A stretch of DNA of 64,000 nt from Marsupella aquatica. Its lineage: Eukaryota; Plantae; Marchantiophyta. Location of the stretch: positions 31,999,112 to 32,063,111 of the forward strand of contig OZ316891.1 of NCBI GenBank assembly GCA_973895155.1. The letters run 5' to 3'. The notes below the pieces were generated by a model. The model was not told the origin of the DNA. It made no database searches and worked only from the letters and a program-made list of their open reading frames with translations. Shown here one piece after another: positions 11,925-25,124 of the stretch (positions within the stretch are counted from its first letter, which is position 1; each line of letters begins with the position of its first letter). A program made the translations under genes and the position numbers.

Positions 11925-12976
11925 TCTATACTAGCGGAGTTTAAAGGTTTTAATAACAACGTTGTGGGAGTCCAAATGTTGAAACGTCGAGACCGTGCAC
12001 CCCATGTAGGAGACCATGCACCGCGCTCCCTAAATACCCTGAAATGGCCTGAAGACCGGACTCATTGCACGCGGTGTGCAAAGAAGATATGTAGAGGTAA
12101 ACCCCGAACCATAAACGTGAGTTGGCATTTGGAGGATGGCAGGATTGCAGTTGATCCCTTGGTGTATTGGGGGCCGTGGGAGGGAGCCACGAGGAACAAC
12201 GCAAGGGTAAGGGAACCCTATAATAAACCCTAAATGACGGGGAGGGAGGGTGGGCAGAGTTGATGCGAGGGGAGTATGGAAAGAAGGCCGCAGTGCTATC
12301 CGGGCTCCCAAAGCAGTGAGTTTTGAAGAATGGCGCGGGGATCAACTTGCTTCGTAATGTTGATTCCTTTGTATTTTCATGGCGGGACGGTCTTTTTCGG
12401 GCACTTGTGGCAAAAAGACCACGAAAAAGACCGCAATGACCGGGCATTGCGATCATTGGGCTGCACGAAAATGTATATAGGGTTGCACATGCCCCCTAGT
12501 ACTTGCACCCTCTAAATGGGGGGTCACCCTCACCCTCAACCCCCATGGAATCGCTCCCCCATCCTCACCCCAGCTCGTTACACCCCCAAATGCTAGAGTA
12601 GGGTTGCACACGCCCCTTGGTACTCGCACCCTCAAAACTGGGGGGCACCTTCACCCTCAACCCCCATAGAACCGCTCCCCCACCCGCACCCCCAGCTCAT
12701 TACACCCCCAAAAGCTATAGTAGGGTTGCACACGCCCCCTAGTACTCGCATCCTCAAAACTGGGGGGGCACCCTCAACCCCCATGGAACCCCTCCCCCAC
12801 CCTCACCCCCAGCTCGTTACACCCCCAAAAGCTACAGTAGGGTGGCACTCGCCCCCTAGTACGCGCACCCCAAAAATTGGGGGGTACCCCCACCCCTAAC
12901 CCCTCCAAAATGTGCACACAACAAACTGGGGGGTGAGGGGGTGAAACTCACCCCCAATATTCCCAAATCTCACTAG
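11925..12976 (+). mobile_element. Non-autonomous Helitron
   Basis: 5' A|TCTATACTA; 3' hairpin GGGGGTGA-AAC-TCACCCCC (12937-12955) followed by CTAG|T; no TSD. Confidence 0.8.
12478..12905 (+). repeat. ~120-bp tandem repeat (about 3.5 copies) inside the Helitron
   Basis: TAGGGT(T/G)GCAC unit starts at 12478, 12599, 12721 and 12838. Confidence 0.9.
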
Positions 12977-12983
12977 TACTTAA

Positions 12984-15900
12984 TGTCAGATGCCTAAAAA
13001 ACATAATTACATAGGAATTATGTAAATATGGGTAAATGTTTTTGTTTTGTGTATAGTTTATATCAATTAGTTATTTAGTGTACAAAACTAATATCAATAA
13101 ATGTATTGATTCTAGAAAAATATTGACTAGGAAAGATAAGTTATAGTTGAAGGTCAATAGAAAAAAATAAGTATTATCTAAGTAGTTGTGGTAGGTGTCA
13201 ACTAATGAGTGATCAAATAAAGCAATAGGAAATGCCCAAAATTGCTACATGGTCACAACGAAAAAAATATCTTTGAGAAAAAATCTCAATATAAGTCAAA
13301 AATAAAATAAAATAAAAAGGCAAGATTCTATAACTTGCAAGAAAAGTTATAAAAAAGCAATAGGGAATGCCCAAAATTGCTACATGGTCACAACAAAAAT
13401 AGTGGAGAAAGAATCTCAACAAAGATGATACTTCTAATCCAAGTAGTACTAAGCCAAGGAAAAAGACAATGAGATATTTCAATGGACGGATTAGAAGTCA
13501 ATTAGCTAGTGTGAAGACGATTCTTAGCCTAGTGGAAAAGTGTGGACAAAAAGGAAAAAGAATACTCATCAAGAAACAAGGAGTAGAATCATTTGAGAAA
13601 AAGATAGATATGGTTATAGAAGGGCTCAAGTTCAAGTATAAATAAATAACATCATGAGTAGTAGATCACAAGCTTAAGGCAAAGCATTGTGAGAAATCTA
13701 CAAAGAGTATAGACCTTAGTGAGCAAATTAGAAGTACTAGGAGGGAGATGGTGATCATCAAGGGGCATCAAGCTAGGAGCTTTAGGCATAGATTCTAGAA
13801 ATGCCGGTCTATGATCCTATTATATTTGTGCGCACCAAATATCTTGTTTGGAGAAAGTTAGGACATGGCAATGATATAGGGAAGTGGTTTACACAATTCC
13901 TTGGGGATACTAAGGGAATTTCCAACTCAAGGCTATTGCGATGGGTCTATATTGCACTTTACATTCGACAACATCAAGTAGTCTTGAATTCACAAGAGAA
14001 GGCAAAACTGAATAGCAAGGTGCAAGATGCTATTGGAGGATGGTTACAAGATCGCATTAGAAGGACAAGACCAAGAGACAATGACGCAATCACTGACTGA
14101 CCCTCGCTATCTAGTGTACCTAGATCAGGTCAAACATCGGGCCAAGTTTTCTCTGTGGAATCAAGTAGGTCGTCCAACCCAGGATCCGGACCTGTGGTTT
14201 TAACACTTATTTTGGTACTTGTGAGGCAAGTAGTGTGATACAGTACATTAGTTAGAAATGATAGAAAAATTATAAATTTTGAACTTTTTCTAAGTCAAAG
14301 GTGCAGTATAGCTACCTTTTGTAACCATTTAGATCGACTGGACACTTTACCTAATACCATGCTACACCGGAGACTACTTCTTGTTCTGAATCTTGAACGA
14401 CAACGGAAGTCTTTACCTTTCATCGGCATCACACTCAAGACATGGATGAAATTCAAGAAGCTATGCAAGAGAATACCTACACAAGTGTTCAGCAACCGGA
14501 CCAGACAGCACTACTCCAACAAGATTAGTTCTCCCACGACAATAGTTAAGATCAGTCAATCTCCACCATTTTAGTTAAATAGTTAAAGTAGTTAGAAAAG
14601 TCTCATACTTTTCCAGGAGATAGCCCTTATGTAGCAGACCATACCCTGAAAGTATCGACCAAAACCGACATATAGTTTAGAAGTTAGAGCATTTTTAGTT
14701 TTGCAGTAGCGTGAGTGCGCAAAGGCGCAACGGCGCTATGCTCCAAAGCGCAAAGGCGCAACGGCGCTTCCAACACTTAGAAAATTTTCCGGAACAATAT
14801 ATTTTTTATCCGACAACACTTTTCATTGATTTTATTAAGGCACTTAGACACCTCAAAAAAGTCTAAACTTTTGCTAGCATGTAGCATGTATATAAATCTT
14901 CCACCTAGGAAAGTTTCACCCCATTTTGACTTTTATGTTAGAAATTAAAATTCTGATAAACTCATTATTTATTAGTTTTACCACAAAAGTGCAAAAAACA
15001 CTTTTACTCCAGTTTACACTAGGGATAACTTTTGGTTAGTTTTTCATTCCAGCAACATTCTAGTGAACCTTGAGTACTCTTATAGCATATTTTCATACTT
15101 TTTACTTTAGTTTATGACCCATAAGATATGAAAGGGCATGTCCTTTCATTATCTCTTTTCCCTTAGTTCCTGCCACCCTATATGTAGTTGAATTTTTGCC
15201 ACTTTTTGTGTGAAATTTTTTTATGAGCGCTCAGTTGCAAGATTGCAACTTTGTTACCTCCATTTGTAGCAAGCACTCCATTGCATATGAGTACTTAATA
15301 CAAAGGAATTCTTCCCCCTTCAAGTCTAAATGAATGAGAAGTTTGGACCCTTGAAGTAAAATTATTGTGATTGTTAAATCTTTTGAGTATGTGGAAATAG
15401 ATTCCTTGTTGGTGATGTTTCACATATTCCTTAGTTCTTGATGCATAGTTTTTGGCGTGATATTGCTTGTGCATGGGATGCAAAGATTGTTACTTACCAA
15501 TTACTTATGGCTTCAAATTTGATCATGATGGTGTCTCTTATTTGTGACACAAAGTACCGATTGGATACAGAAGTGATTGATTACTAGTCTCCACTCAGTA
15601 CCTTGGAAGGAAAAGTTGAGACATGTTGACGGCATTTTAGTAATCATCCTAGTACCGTAATCCTTTCCAGAAATGTTCTTGCAGATATACCACCTAAATC
15701 ATATCAAATGAAGTTATGTTGAGGAGTCACCTTGGTTGTTTCCTAACTCCCTCACCATACCTCAAGATTTTCATTGTGTTTTATTAATTGTTTCCATTTT
15801 GTTAATTTTATTTTTAATGTCAAGCAGACATTTAAAACTATGCCTTGCTGAGCAACCATAGTAAAAGGCTCAACCTTTGTGTTTTTGTTACCTTATTCAT

Positions 15901-17409
15901 TCATAAGTGCTAAATCATAGAAAATCATTCCTTACATGTTTTTCCATGGGAACGAATACCGAGTTTTGGATCTTAAATGTTTATTTATGTCCCTAGTGTG
16001 ATACTACAAGTAGATGGGGTAACTTGGAATCTGCATGTTGTGTAGAGATCAAACGAGACAATGAAGCTTTGTCGGCTCATACTTGTAGTATTCTTTGTAA
16101 ATACCTTTTAGATCAGTATGCTACTTGGTGAAAAACCAAAAGTAGAAAACCTTATAAATAGTAGTTGTAGAATAAATAATCAAGATTCTTTGTACAAATC
16201 TTGAGATATGTAGCTCTAGGTATTTATCCTAGGGTTGTTAAGAATGATTCTTGACCTTAGATGTACTATGGCAATTGAGTGGCTTTGATTGGATTTGAGT
16301 GGAGGCCATAGGATACCAACCATATAAATAAGAGGGAGTGGAGGCTCACTTCCTCACTTGCTCATTAGTTGCTCACTTGCTTGCTTTCTTGGAGGGGCGC
16401 CACGGGTTGGGACTCAAGAGAGAAGGAGTGAGGACTAGTGAGGAGGTAGAGTGTGTGGCACCTTGGAAGTTAGGAGTTAGTGTTCATGAAAGACTCTAGT
16501 ATTGAAGACCTTGGGTGGAGTCCAAGCTTGTACTAAGTTTACTTGATATAAACCCATGTGCCTTACTTCCTTGGACACTCTTATTCTTACTTGTGAAAGG
16601 AGTGTGATACTTTCTTTCGGCGGTTTTATAACATGTTTTTGACGGTTTTCTTTTGATTTTTTTGGTGACATCTTTTATAATCTTGAAGTACTTTGGTGAT
16701 AGAGTTTGATTACCAAACAATGTTGGAGTACATCACCAAGATTTCTTGGACAAGAAATGATGTGATTGTATGCTCGGTGGTTGTTTGGCCAAGCACTAGC
16801 ACACCAAGTGGAAACTTTATCTTTGTTTGAGATTTTGAAGCCAAACTTTGGTGATCGAGTTTTGGTTGATCAAGAAGGCACTGGGGTGTAGTATGGGCAA
16901 GGATTCTTATGGCGAGTCTTGACATGACTATATTGGCGAGAGGCAATTGATCGATCACTAGTGAATCAAAGTGGCGCTTCCATTTTTTTGTGGTTAGACA
17001 ATTAGAAGTTGTGTAGGCTGACTTGTTGGATGGTAGCCTGACATGACAACCCACGGTGGTAACAGCCCGTGGTGGTTCTGACATTAGTTGGTGCAGGGTG
17101 ACCAGTTATAGAGGTTAGAAGTCCCCTTGATGGATTTCTCTTCTGGCGATGGAAGTAAAATCATCTAGTGCAAGTTTGGATTTGATATAAGATTACTAAT
17201 GTGGCGGCAGCCAATAACGGTCTTGTAGTTGTTTAGAATACTAAAATCTGCAGTATGTGTGTGAGGATTTAGTTTTCCTAAAGATAGATGTATTGTGAGT
17301 ACTAATTTCCAAGATTGCATCCCTCTTGAGAACCCAAAATGATAAGGGACTGTGTTTTGAGAGTGAAATGAATTAAGTATGTGTTAAGTCCCAAAGCAGA
17401 GGTCTGACA
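12984..17409. mobile_element. Large solo-LTR-like element (4426 bp)
   Basis: TGTCAGA...TCTGACA perfect 7-bp IR; 5-bp TSD CTTAA (12979-12983 and 17410-17414); no gag/pol. Confidence 0.85.
13801..14100 (+). CDS. Small protein encoded inside the LTR-like element, homologous to 43558-43902
   Basis: 99-aa ATG ORF sharing K[YF]xxWxKxGxxN, DxxxWxxQ[FY]L, VY and AxxGW with the 43.6-kb ORF. Confidence 0.6.
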   Translation: MPVYDPIIFVRTKYLVWRKLGHGNDIGKWFTQFLGDTKGISNSRLLRWVYIALYIRQHQVVLNSQEKAKLNSKVQDAIGGWLQDRIRRTRPRDNDAITD

Positions 17410-17419
17410 CTTAAAAAAC

Positions 17420-19138
17420 TAGGGATGACACCCTAAACCCTAAACTTAAATTTTTGGGTTTTGTGTTAAATGGGTGCTGTTTGACGAAGCACTACTCTCC
17501 ATAACTGATGGTGTACAATTGCTTTTTGGATATACATGCGATGAAAGAAACCAGTGTAATCATTCATAGTTTTACTAGCAATGTTGCTAGCAAGAATAGT
17601 ACACATTGTAACATTGCAATCGGACAAACTGTTCAAACATTTATTCCAAATTCAACCCAACCGTTCTGAGATATAACTCTGTTACACACCAAACGTCCGA
17701 GAACTCTTGGAACTTCGAGGTCAAGGGTCCGGACTCAGGAGAACTAGACTGTTACAAAATGTCTATGCCCTAGAAGCTGGACTACTGATCATGGACTTCT
17801 GATCAAGGACTTGCTGCCTTGTATGCATCGGAATCGGAGTCAGAAACCGTATCATAGTTGGATGAAGCGAGTACATTTTCCGTCCAATAGTTGTGAATCT
17901 CCAGGTCCCTCTAGTATGACTCCTCCTCTCTCTTCCGCTTCTTTGATACCCCCTTAGTGAGGGGAACATTTGAGCGAGAAGACAAGGGAGTTTGGGAGAC
18001 CGACTTGGAAGATGTCTCCTTAGAAGGTGTCACTACCTATGATTCCTTGCAGACGAAGGGAGGGACTCAAGTCGAAGAAGATGTACTACTCTTCATTGCA
18101 TGGTTATACTACTCTGCTTCGGTTGAGGGGAGCTTGGCGGGGAGTCTAGTGGACCGTTTGTTTTGGCGTTATATCGGAGGGCTTTGAGAATCCATTTTGG
18201 AGGAGCTTTACCCTTGTTCCGTGCTATTTCTCTTTGTAACTGAAACCAATGCCATTCAGATTACTTATAATCTTATGCAAGATCTACTTATGTCGACAAA
18301 CCAGATAGCAGATGACATTCAATACCTCAAAGATGACCAAATAGCAAGGAGAAAATAAATGACAGAGAACGGAGATACCTCAATTCGGAACCGACTTACA
18401 AATCCCTGGTGCGTGTGATTGCCGAGGAACTCTTTGCAATGCTGCAATGACAGTAGAACATGACAGGCCTTCGAGTCCCGCAAAGAGAAGAAGAGAAGCG
18501 CGTTTGGAGTCTCGCGGCGAAGAGAAGGAGAGCGCAAAACAATGACCGAAATGGAAGGAATGGAAATGGTTCGGAAGGTCCGAGTGAGATATAGGGGATG
18601 GTGGAAAGCGGGAGATCCTACACAACGGTTTTGGGATCCGGTCTGTTAGGGGGGTACGATGAGTGTCACGCTTGATAGCCGTATGGAGCTTTGGATTCTG
18701 TCCGGGGATGCGCTCCCAAGATTGCTTTAGTCAAAGACCGTTATTCCCAGTCCGTTCTCATGATGCATTTTTCACGTTGTTAAAGACCGCACGCCGAAGT
18801 TCGTGGGAGAATTATGGGCTGCACAATGGCTAGCAATTTTGCTGGCCTGATGTACGTTCAAATAGTACGGTCAATTATGGTTGCTTTGAGTGGCTGGTTG
18901 TGCGAGAAATACGTGATATGTACAAATATATGGTCGACGATAGGTTTCGTAATGTAATGTAATAATGAAGTTTCTGTTGTAAAACAAATTACTTTTAGGC
19001 TAGCGAGTGTCAATTCATGCCAGTGAGGTAATTTCCATGCCAGATTTTGCATATGGCAAGGAGAAAATGTTCCCGTGCAAGGATTTTTTTTACTGTTTCC
19101 TCGCACGCTACAATGACCCGATGAAACTGGCATCCTTA
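17420..19138. mobile_element. Possible degenerate hAT-like non-autonomous element
   Basis: Ac-like TAGGGATGACA at left and TGGCATCCTTA at right (9/11 IR); no 8-bp TSD found. Confidence 0.3.
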
Positions 19139-19543
19139 CAGGTCATCAAAGCTTAGACCCGGTCGAGCTAGCGGAGAAGGCGATAGGGAACGTTAGGAAG
19201 ATGGACGAACAAGCCAAGGCACTAGCATGGAGACACAGAGCGAAAAGAACTAGAGAGCACAATGAGGCCTGCTTAAGAGAAGCAGCTACTGCTCAAATTA
19301 GATTAGGAGAATTTGGTGAGGCTCCTAGTGGGGCTTTTGGTGAAAGGGGGCAATGCTGACTCTTGTACAAAAAAGCCAAGAGGTGGGCTGACTGCTCTCT
19401 TGCGAAAGAAACCAACGGTGAAGGATAGGCTGGCTCGCAGGCTACTGAATGGGCGTGTCACGGATGCAACTGTTAGTCAGCTAGCCAGGGATCAAGATGC
19501 AGCTTACCGTGAATCGTTTCGCAATCAGTGGACAATGAAGTAG
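19139..19543 (+). pseudogene. 3' fragment of an unidentified host gene (frameshifted)
   Basis: Protein-like C-terminus KPTVKDRLARRLLN...YRESFRNQW; the 5' part is missing. Confidence 0.4.
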
Positions 19544-21618
19544 TTGTCTTCATGAGTCCTTCAAAAGGTTCCAGATTATGTGTGTAGTCAACTGGACCAT
19601 AGAAACTGATCGAGGCGAACGTCCTGGTACTACAGTTTTTAGAGTTCCATCTTGAGATTGGTAAGCTGCGAAAGGGGAAACAGTGAGCTAATATGGAAGT
19701 TGTCAAGCTTATTCTAAGACTTCCGCAGGTTTCTGAAAGGAAGACCGGGAGTAAACTAAAGAGAGATATCGATGACTTTACCTGGTGAGTTAAGGCAACT
19801 CATAGAAGAAGTTTTTCTTTATGGCATCTGAATTTCAGGACTTGTGAGTCTCAAAATTTATCAGTCCGGCCGCGGTGTTAGTGACAAAGGACCGTCCTGA
19901 GATTTGCGTTGGTTGCTGAATACTATCCATCGTTTGAAAGTTTGGCAGTTGAATGAGAGGGGGCTTCTTTTTTGCGTCATATGAACTACGTTTTAAAGGG
20001 CAGAATGTACAGAAGAATTTCATTTAGTGTAGTTCTGTATTTGTTTTGACAGCTCGGTCTGATTATTTCATAGTGGATTGCTGTCAGGTTTTGGAAAGGA
20101 AGAAGTGAAGGCTCACGCAACCATGCCTCTCAGATCAATCTCTTGGAAGACCATTATTGGGATTAAATTGTCAGATTTCGTACATGATCTCACGACTTGC
20201 AGAGAGCAAGGCAGATATGTCAAAGATAGTTCAAAAGGATCTCACAATGAAAAAGAGTATCTAATTGACAACCGATGTAGGTATGCAGTAGTTCCTATTT
20301 GGGGGAAACTCTAGCAGTTGTAGCTTATTCTGCTAACTTCCCACTCAGTTTCCGTTGCAAAGGGAGAATCTCCTGTTCCTTGACGATTGGGCCGGCGTGT
20401 GAAATAGCTCAAACCCATTGATATTTTAAACTCTCCTGTGCCCTTCTTCGGTCCCGTGTGTCCTCATTCTTGATTGGGTCATTATTTGGCATCTTGTACT
20501 CTGTCCTTTCCGTTCCCAAGTGGGGGATTTTAGACTTGAAAATCAATCTATTCGACAAAAATCAACGGAGGATTCATCATCCCAAACTACTGAATATCTT
20601 TGGACCTCGTTGCTACTGTAAGTGCAGAGAAGTACATTAAAGTATGCTTACATGTGGAGCATCACTCAATTTGTGCCTCTAGTTGCTACTTCCTATCCTG
20701 TTCCATCAAAAATAATGGTATGATCGAAGGCAAAGATCTGGCAAGGCAGAGTGAAAAAGGGGGCAACGTGGCTCTCGTCTGCCATCTTCGTGCAAATTTT
20801 GCATACCAACAATGCTATGCAAATTGTGTATACTAACTGCATTAAACTCAATTTTGGACAGTCAAGTCCATGTCATATGGTGACAACTGATTCACCCATA
20901 GTTTCTCTGGCTTCTCCTATATGGGGACACCTGATCCTATGGTTTCTCTAGCTTCTCCAACTACAATTGGGTTTTGTTATTGCATCTGTCAGTCAATGAA
21001 GATTTGGAGAAGAAACACCATAGGGCAGTCTCCTCCAAGGAGAGACAGTTGATCCCAATCAACAGCAATCGACTTGACAGAACTCAACAAATATGGAAGA
21101 TAGAAATGTATCACTTATACTTGCGTGTCAAGAAGTAAAATTTAATACAAAAATGTTAAATGTTCTCTTAGGCTGTCATCAGTTGATCGTTGATTGTGTC
21201 TTCAAAGTTGGCCACCAACTGTCACTCCAACACACCCCTCTCATGAAATGTGAACTATTGTCATCACTATCTTCAGGGTTTTGAGGCCCAAATCTCAGCA
21301 AGGAATGCGGTCTTGGCATTGCCTGAGAAACAAGAAGCACCTACTTTTCAGACTAACTGAAACAGACACACAACACCAGAAAACAGCAGATCAACACTAT
21401 CATGCCTGCCACCTAACGTATCCATGTGAAGTGCATTGGAGATTGAAAAGATCAACATCCACAAGAAGTGACCGAGTTGTAGTCATCTAGAGTAAGATCA
21501 ATGGGCAAAACGAAGGGTAAACCACCCAAGATGAGTATGCTGATGAGAATTGAACACGAATTTCAGGGAAAGCAGATCACCTTCCAATGACTTACTGATA
21601 CGAGTATCAGAATCCTGT

Positions 21619-23727
21619 CTACAGCTTTGTGCCAAACACGCGACATCGTTCGCAACGTTTCTTGCAGATATCCTCAAGCATCTTCGCTGCTGCTGTACGC
21701 TCCTGCTGCATTTGTTTTGCCCGGGATCTCATCAATTGACGTTCTTCCGTACCGCCTGTAGAAAAGTCATCGAGCCATTCAGCTATAAGTTTCCCGAGTT
21801 GGTACATGTCCGATCCCTTGGTGTATCTTTTCCTTTTGTCATTGTCTTCTTCCAACGTTTCCGCATCCCAACCCGTTAAGTCCTCACCAACCCATACTTC
21901 ATTGTCGGGTCCAGCAGCTTCCAAGTCTATGATCACCCATTTCCATTCACCCATATCATTTACTTTGATAACGTTGGGCCACCTTATGTCCCTGTGGGTG
22001 TAGCCTTTCATGTGCAAGTCCGCAAGGCCGCATAACATGTCATGCGTGGCATTTACTAAATCCTTGCAATCCTTAGGCTTTGCAGATGGGTCACCAACAG
22101 GTTGTAGTTGCAATACTGTTTTAGCCCTGGATGATCGGGTGGATATAAGTTGGATCAGGTACCTGGAACCATTGATTTTTTCATACAGGCATTTTATCGC
22201 GGTCACCTTATCTTTCATCAATAGTGGGATTTCCTTCGTCACGCAGTCAGGATAGATCGTCACTGCTCCATCATCACCTCTTGCTATTGGCTTATATAAT
22301 ATAAAGTGGATGTTACTATCCAGTTCTTCCTGTAGTTTCTGTAGGAGACAGTGCATCCGAATGGTGCTATGTAGGAACTTGGCTACATCGCTCAACAAAT
22401 TCAAGTCATAGAGTTGTGAGATACTTTCAGAAACAATTTTCTTGCCTCGCGGATAGAGCTTCAGCCATTGAAACTGCCTTCCACCGGAGCCACCACCAAT
22501 CACATAAGGGAGCTTACCATAGAACAAAGGGCTCCATGCCTTTAAGTTTGAGGTGTTCTCAACTGTAGCCTCGTGCCGAAGTGCCCGGTCTGTCTTATTC
22601 TCCCATCGGAGAATGAGACAATCCCTCACAAACAGCTGAAAATCTGGTCTTAATAGCGGTTTTAGTGGTCGCGATGCTACAGTACTAGTCGGGGGATTGG
22701 GTGAATCCAGTAACCAGTCCAAACCTTTTAATTTTCCGTTTGCTGGAGCCTCCTCATTTAATAATGAGATGAACTCTCCAGTGAGAGTAGCCAATTCATG
22801 TGAGCTGGTGGCCTCATTGCCTGGACAACGACGCATTATATGTCCGAACACAATGTCGCAGAAGGATGCCAAGTCTGTCGCCGCTGCGGGAATATCAAGC
22901 TCCACCAGCTCAGAAGAGCGTATTTTCTTGAAAATTACAGGATTGCGAATTGGGAGCGGTACTGGTGTCTGGGACAAAAACTCCGAGAGTTCAAGGGCAC
23001 TTCGTGGGAGCGTCGGAGGTGGTTCCAACAGTTTCCCAAAATAGCGCTCTCCAGCTTCAGCATCAGCTTTTGCTGCCAAGGACAGGCATTCCTGTGGTGA
23101 CGGTTTTGCCTTCTTTGAAAGTCGCGCTCCCTCTGCGTACACACCAATCACGAAGTGTTGAAGAGGAAGAGAAAAACAGGAAAGTCATCCAATAATCACT
23201 CGAGCAAGGAGTCTACAAATTTGGCACGATTCCGGCAGAAATGCTTTATCGGTTAGCAAAGCAGGAAGACACAGGACACCTGTAATTGCAAAAGTGCTTT
23301 CCAAACAAATGCCAGAGCAAGGGCGACAGCTGCTGTCCATGATACCCTTGATCACTTTTCAGCAAAGAAAACAAAGCAGCAACAGAGGGGTGCTCAAAGG
23401 AAAAAACTCAACGAAAAGAGAAACCAGAACAAGAACCAGAAGATACTGACGAGAAACACATTGCTGTGAAATTCAGTTGGAATTACCATCCGTAGAGTTT
23501 CGTTTTTGAAGCTGAATTGCCGACTCAACTGCCAGTATCAATCCGCCAGGTGCCTTTGGGAACAGGCGCTGGATTAAGTCTTCGAGGCGCTTTTCCGACA
23601 TCACTAGCAACGTAGATACTCCGACGCAGTCAAGCCATAGTTTCGCAGCAACGTCTCTCAGTCGTGCTTCGTCAGGAATAGTTCTCCGAAGCAGGTTCAT
23701 AATATTTTCTTCTTCACCACTCGCCAT
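21619..23727 (-). CDS. Crinkler (CRN)-like protein: helical/SAM-like header, PD-(D/E)xK nuclease-like domain and protein kinase; exons 23727-23487 and 23132-21619 (~584 aa)
   Basis: LRPDF...ILRWENK...WSPLFYGKLPY (CR-REase type) and LADLHMKGYTHRDIRWPNVI...IIDLE...DMYQLGKL (kinase). The GT-AG intron 23486-23133 joins the exons in phase (GATG|GTAATT ... TACGCAG|AG GGA). Confidence 0.85.
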
Positions 23728-25124
23728 TGGATCTTGTAGGCTGAACAATATACTGCTTACTTCTTAAGATATATGCTATGCATAGACAAGACAGCCACAG
23801 ACGCAAGTTATAACAAAAGAAAGCACATACAAATGACAAGCAGAAACGAAACCCCTCGGGTTGACAGAAATCGTAGCAACAGAGGAAGCGACAGAGGAAA
23901 GAGCACACCACAAGGGTGAAAACTACGGTACGAGGCTGTGAAACTCACCATCCACCAAACCCTAGATCACCGAAATCCCAGTCCAAATCCTGCAACCGCG
24001 CGATGTAAGGCCTTCTGATCCGCAGTCTATCATGACAATCAATTAAACATGCAACGATTCACCACCTCAAAATTTCCAAACCAGACTGCTCGCGAATCCG
24101 CCACACACTTCAGTCTATGCAGAACCGACCAGTATACCCCGAAGGCTCGGACTCTTATGCCGAGGGCCTCCTCGGTCGGCAGACAAGGAGTTGATCTCGT
24201 TCCCGACCAGTTGTGCCTTGTGTAAACCCCCGGGCCTATATTTGAGACCCCCCAATGTTGATCCGTTGCCGACCTGTTGTGCCTTGTGTAACCCCCTGGC
24301 CTATATTTGAGAACCCCTAATGTATATGTTTATGGTCCTACCTTACTCCTTAACGAGGTATTGGTACTTGGCCCTCCATTCAGGATCTCCCTTCTCGAGG
24401 CAAATCTTGCCCTCCATTCGGGATCGCCCTTCACGATGCAAATCTTGGTCCTTCATTCAGGCTGCTCTACCCGCGGCCAATCTGGACCGTCCATTCAGGG
24501 TGCTCAATCCGCAGCTAATCTCCGCCCTCCATTTAAAAATGAACGGCCAGATTGTTAGGGTTTAGGGTGTTCCTGCATCACCATCCAACGGACAGCTGCT
24601 ATTGGACGGCCCAGATTTTGTTCGCCGGTGGTTTCCTGGGCGGGCGTTACTTAATCTAGGAGAGCAGCAGGATGCGGCCACTTCCCATTTCACTTTCTGG
24701 AAACGCCGTCAGGTTGGAAGTTTGTCGTCTGTGCAGGAGCCATTTCCATCTCGGCCGGGATGAGCTTTCTCTTGCATTCTAGTCATTCTCCTTCGTGCCT
24801 CTCATTCCGTGTTCATCGAGAGCTTGAGTAGATTCGGGTGTTTTGTCTAGGCTCGAGACGACCGGCTGTGGTGAATGTGGGTGCGGCTGTGAGTTGACTG
24901 TTGGAGCACAACTCAACTTTGAGTGGCCTGATTTTTATTTCTCTTTCCATATCAATTGCTTTGGATGTATGCCATCTTTTTGAATGCGTGCCATACTTGT
25001 TTTATTATATGCTTATGTCGGTCATTCTAATGAACATTTGCCGCTCTATTTGGAATCTGTTAATGTTGATGCTGAACATGACTGCTGAAGGTTTTTCTCT
25101 TGTGTTACTCCCGTTCTGACCTAT

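Noticed and set aside
12478-12905. ~120-bp repeats as 5S rRNA or tRNA arrays
   Set aside because: No recognisable 5S or tRNA sequence; they lie within Helitron termini
12971-12980. CACTAGTAC as a CACTA left end
   Set aside because: Better explained as the Helitron CTAG|T 3' end; no subterminal repeats follow, and an LTR starts 7 nt after the CTAG
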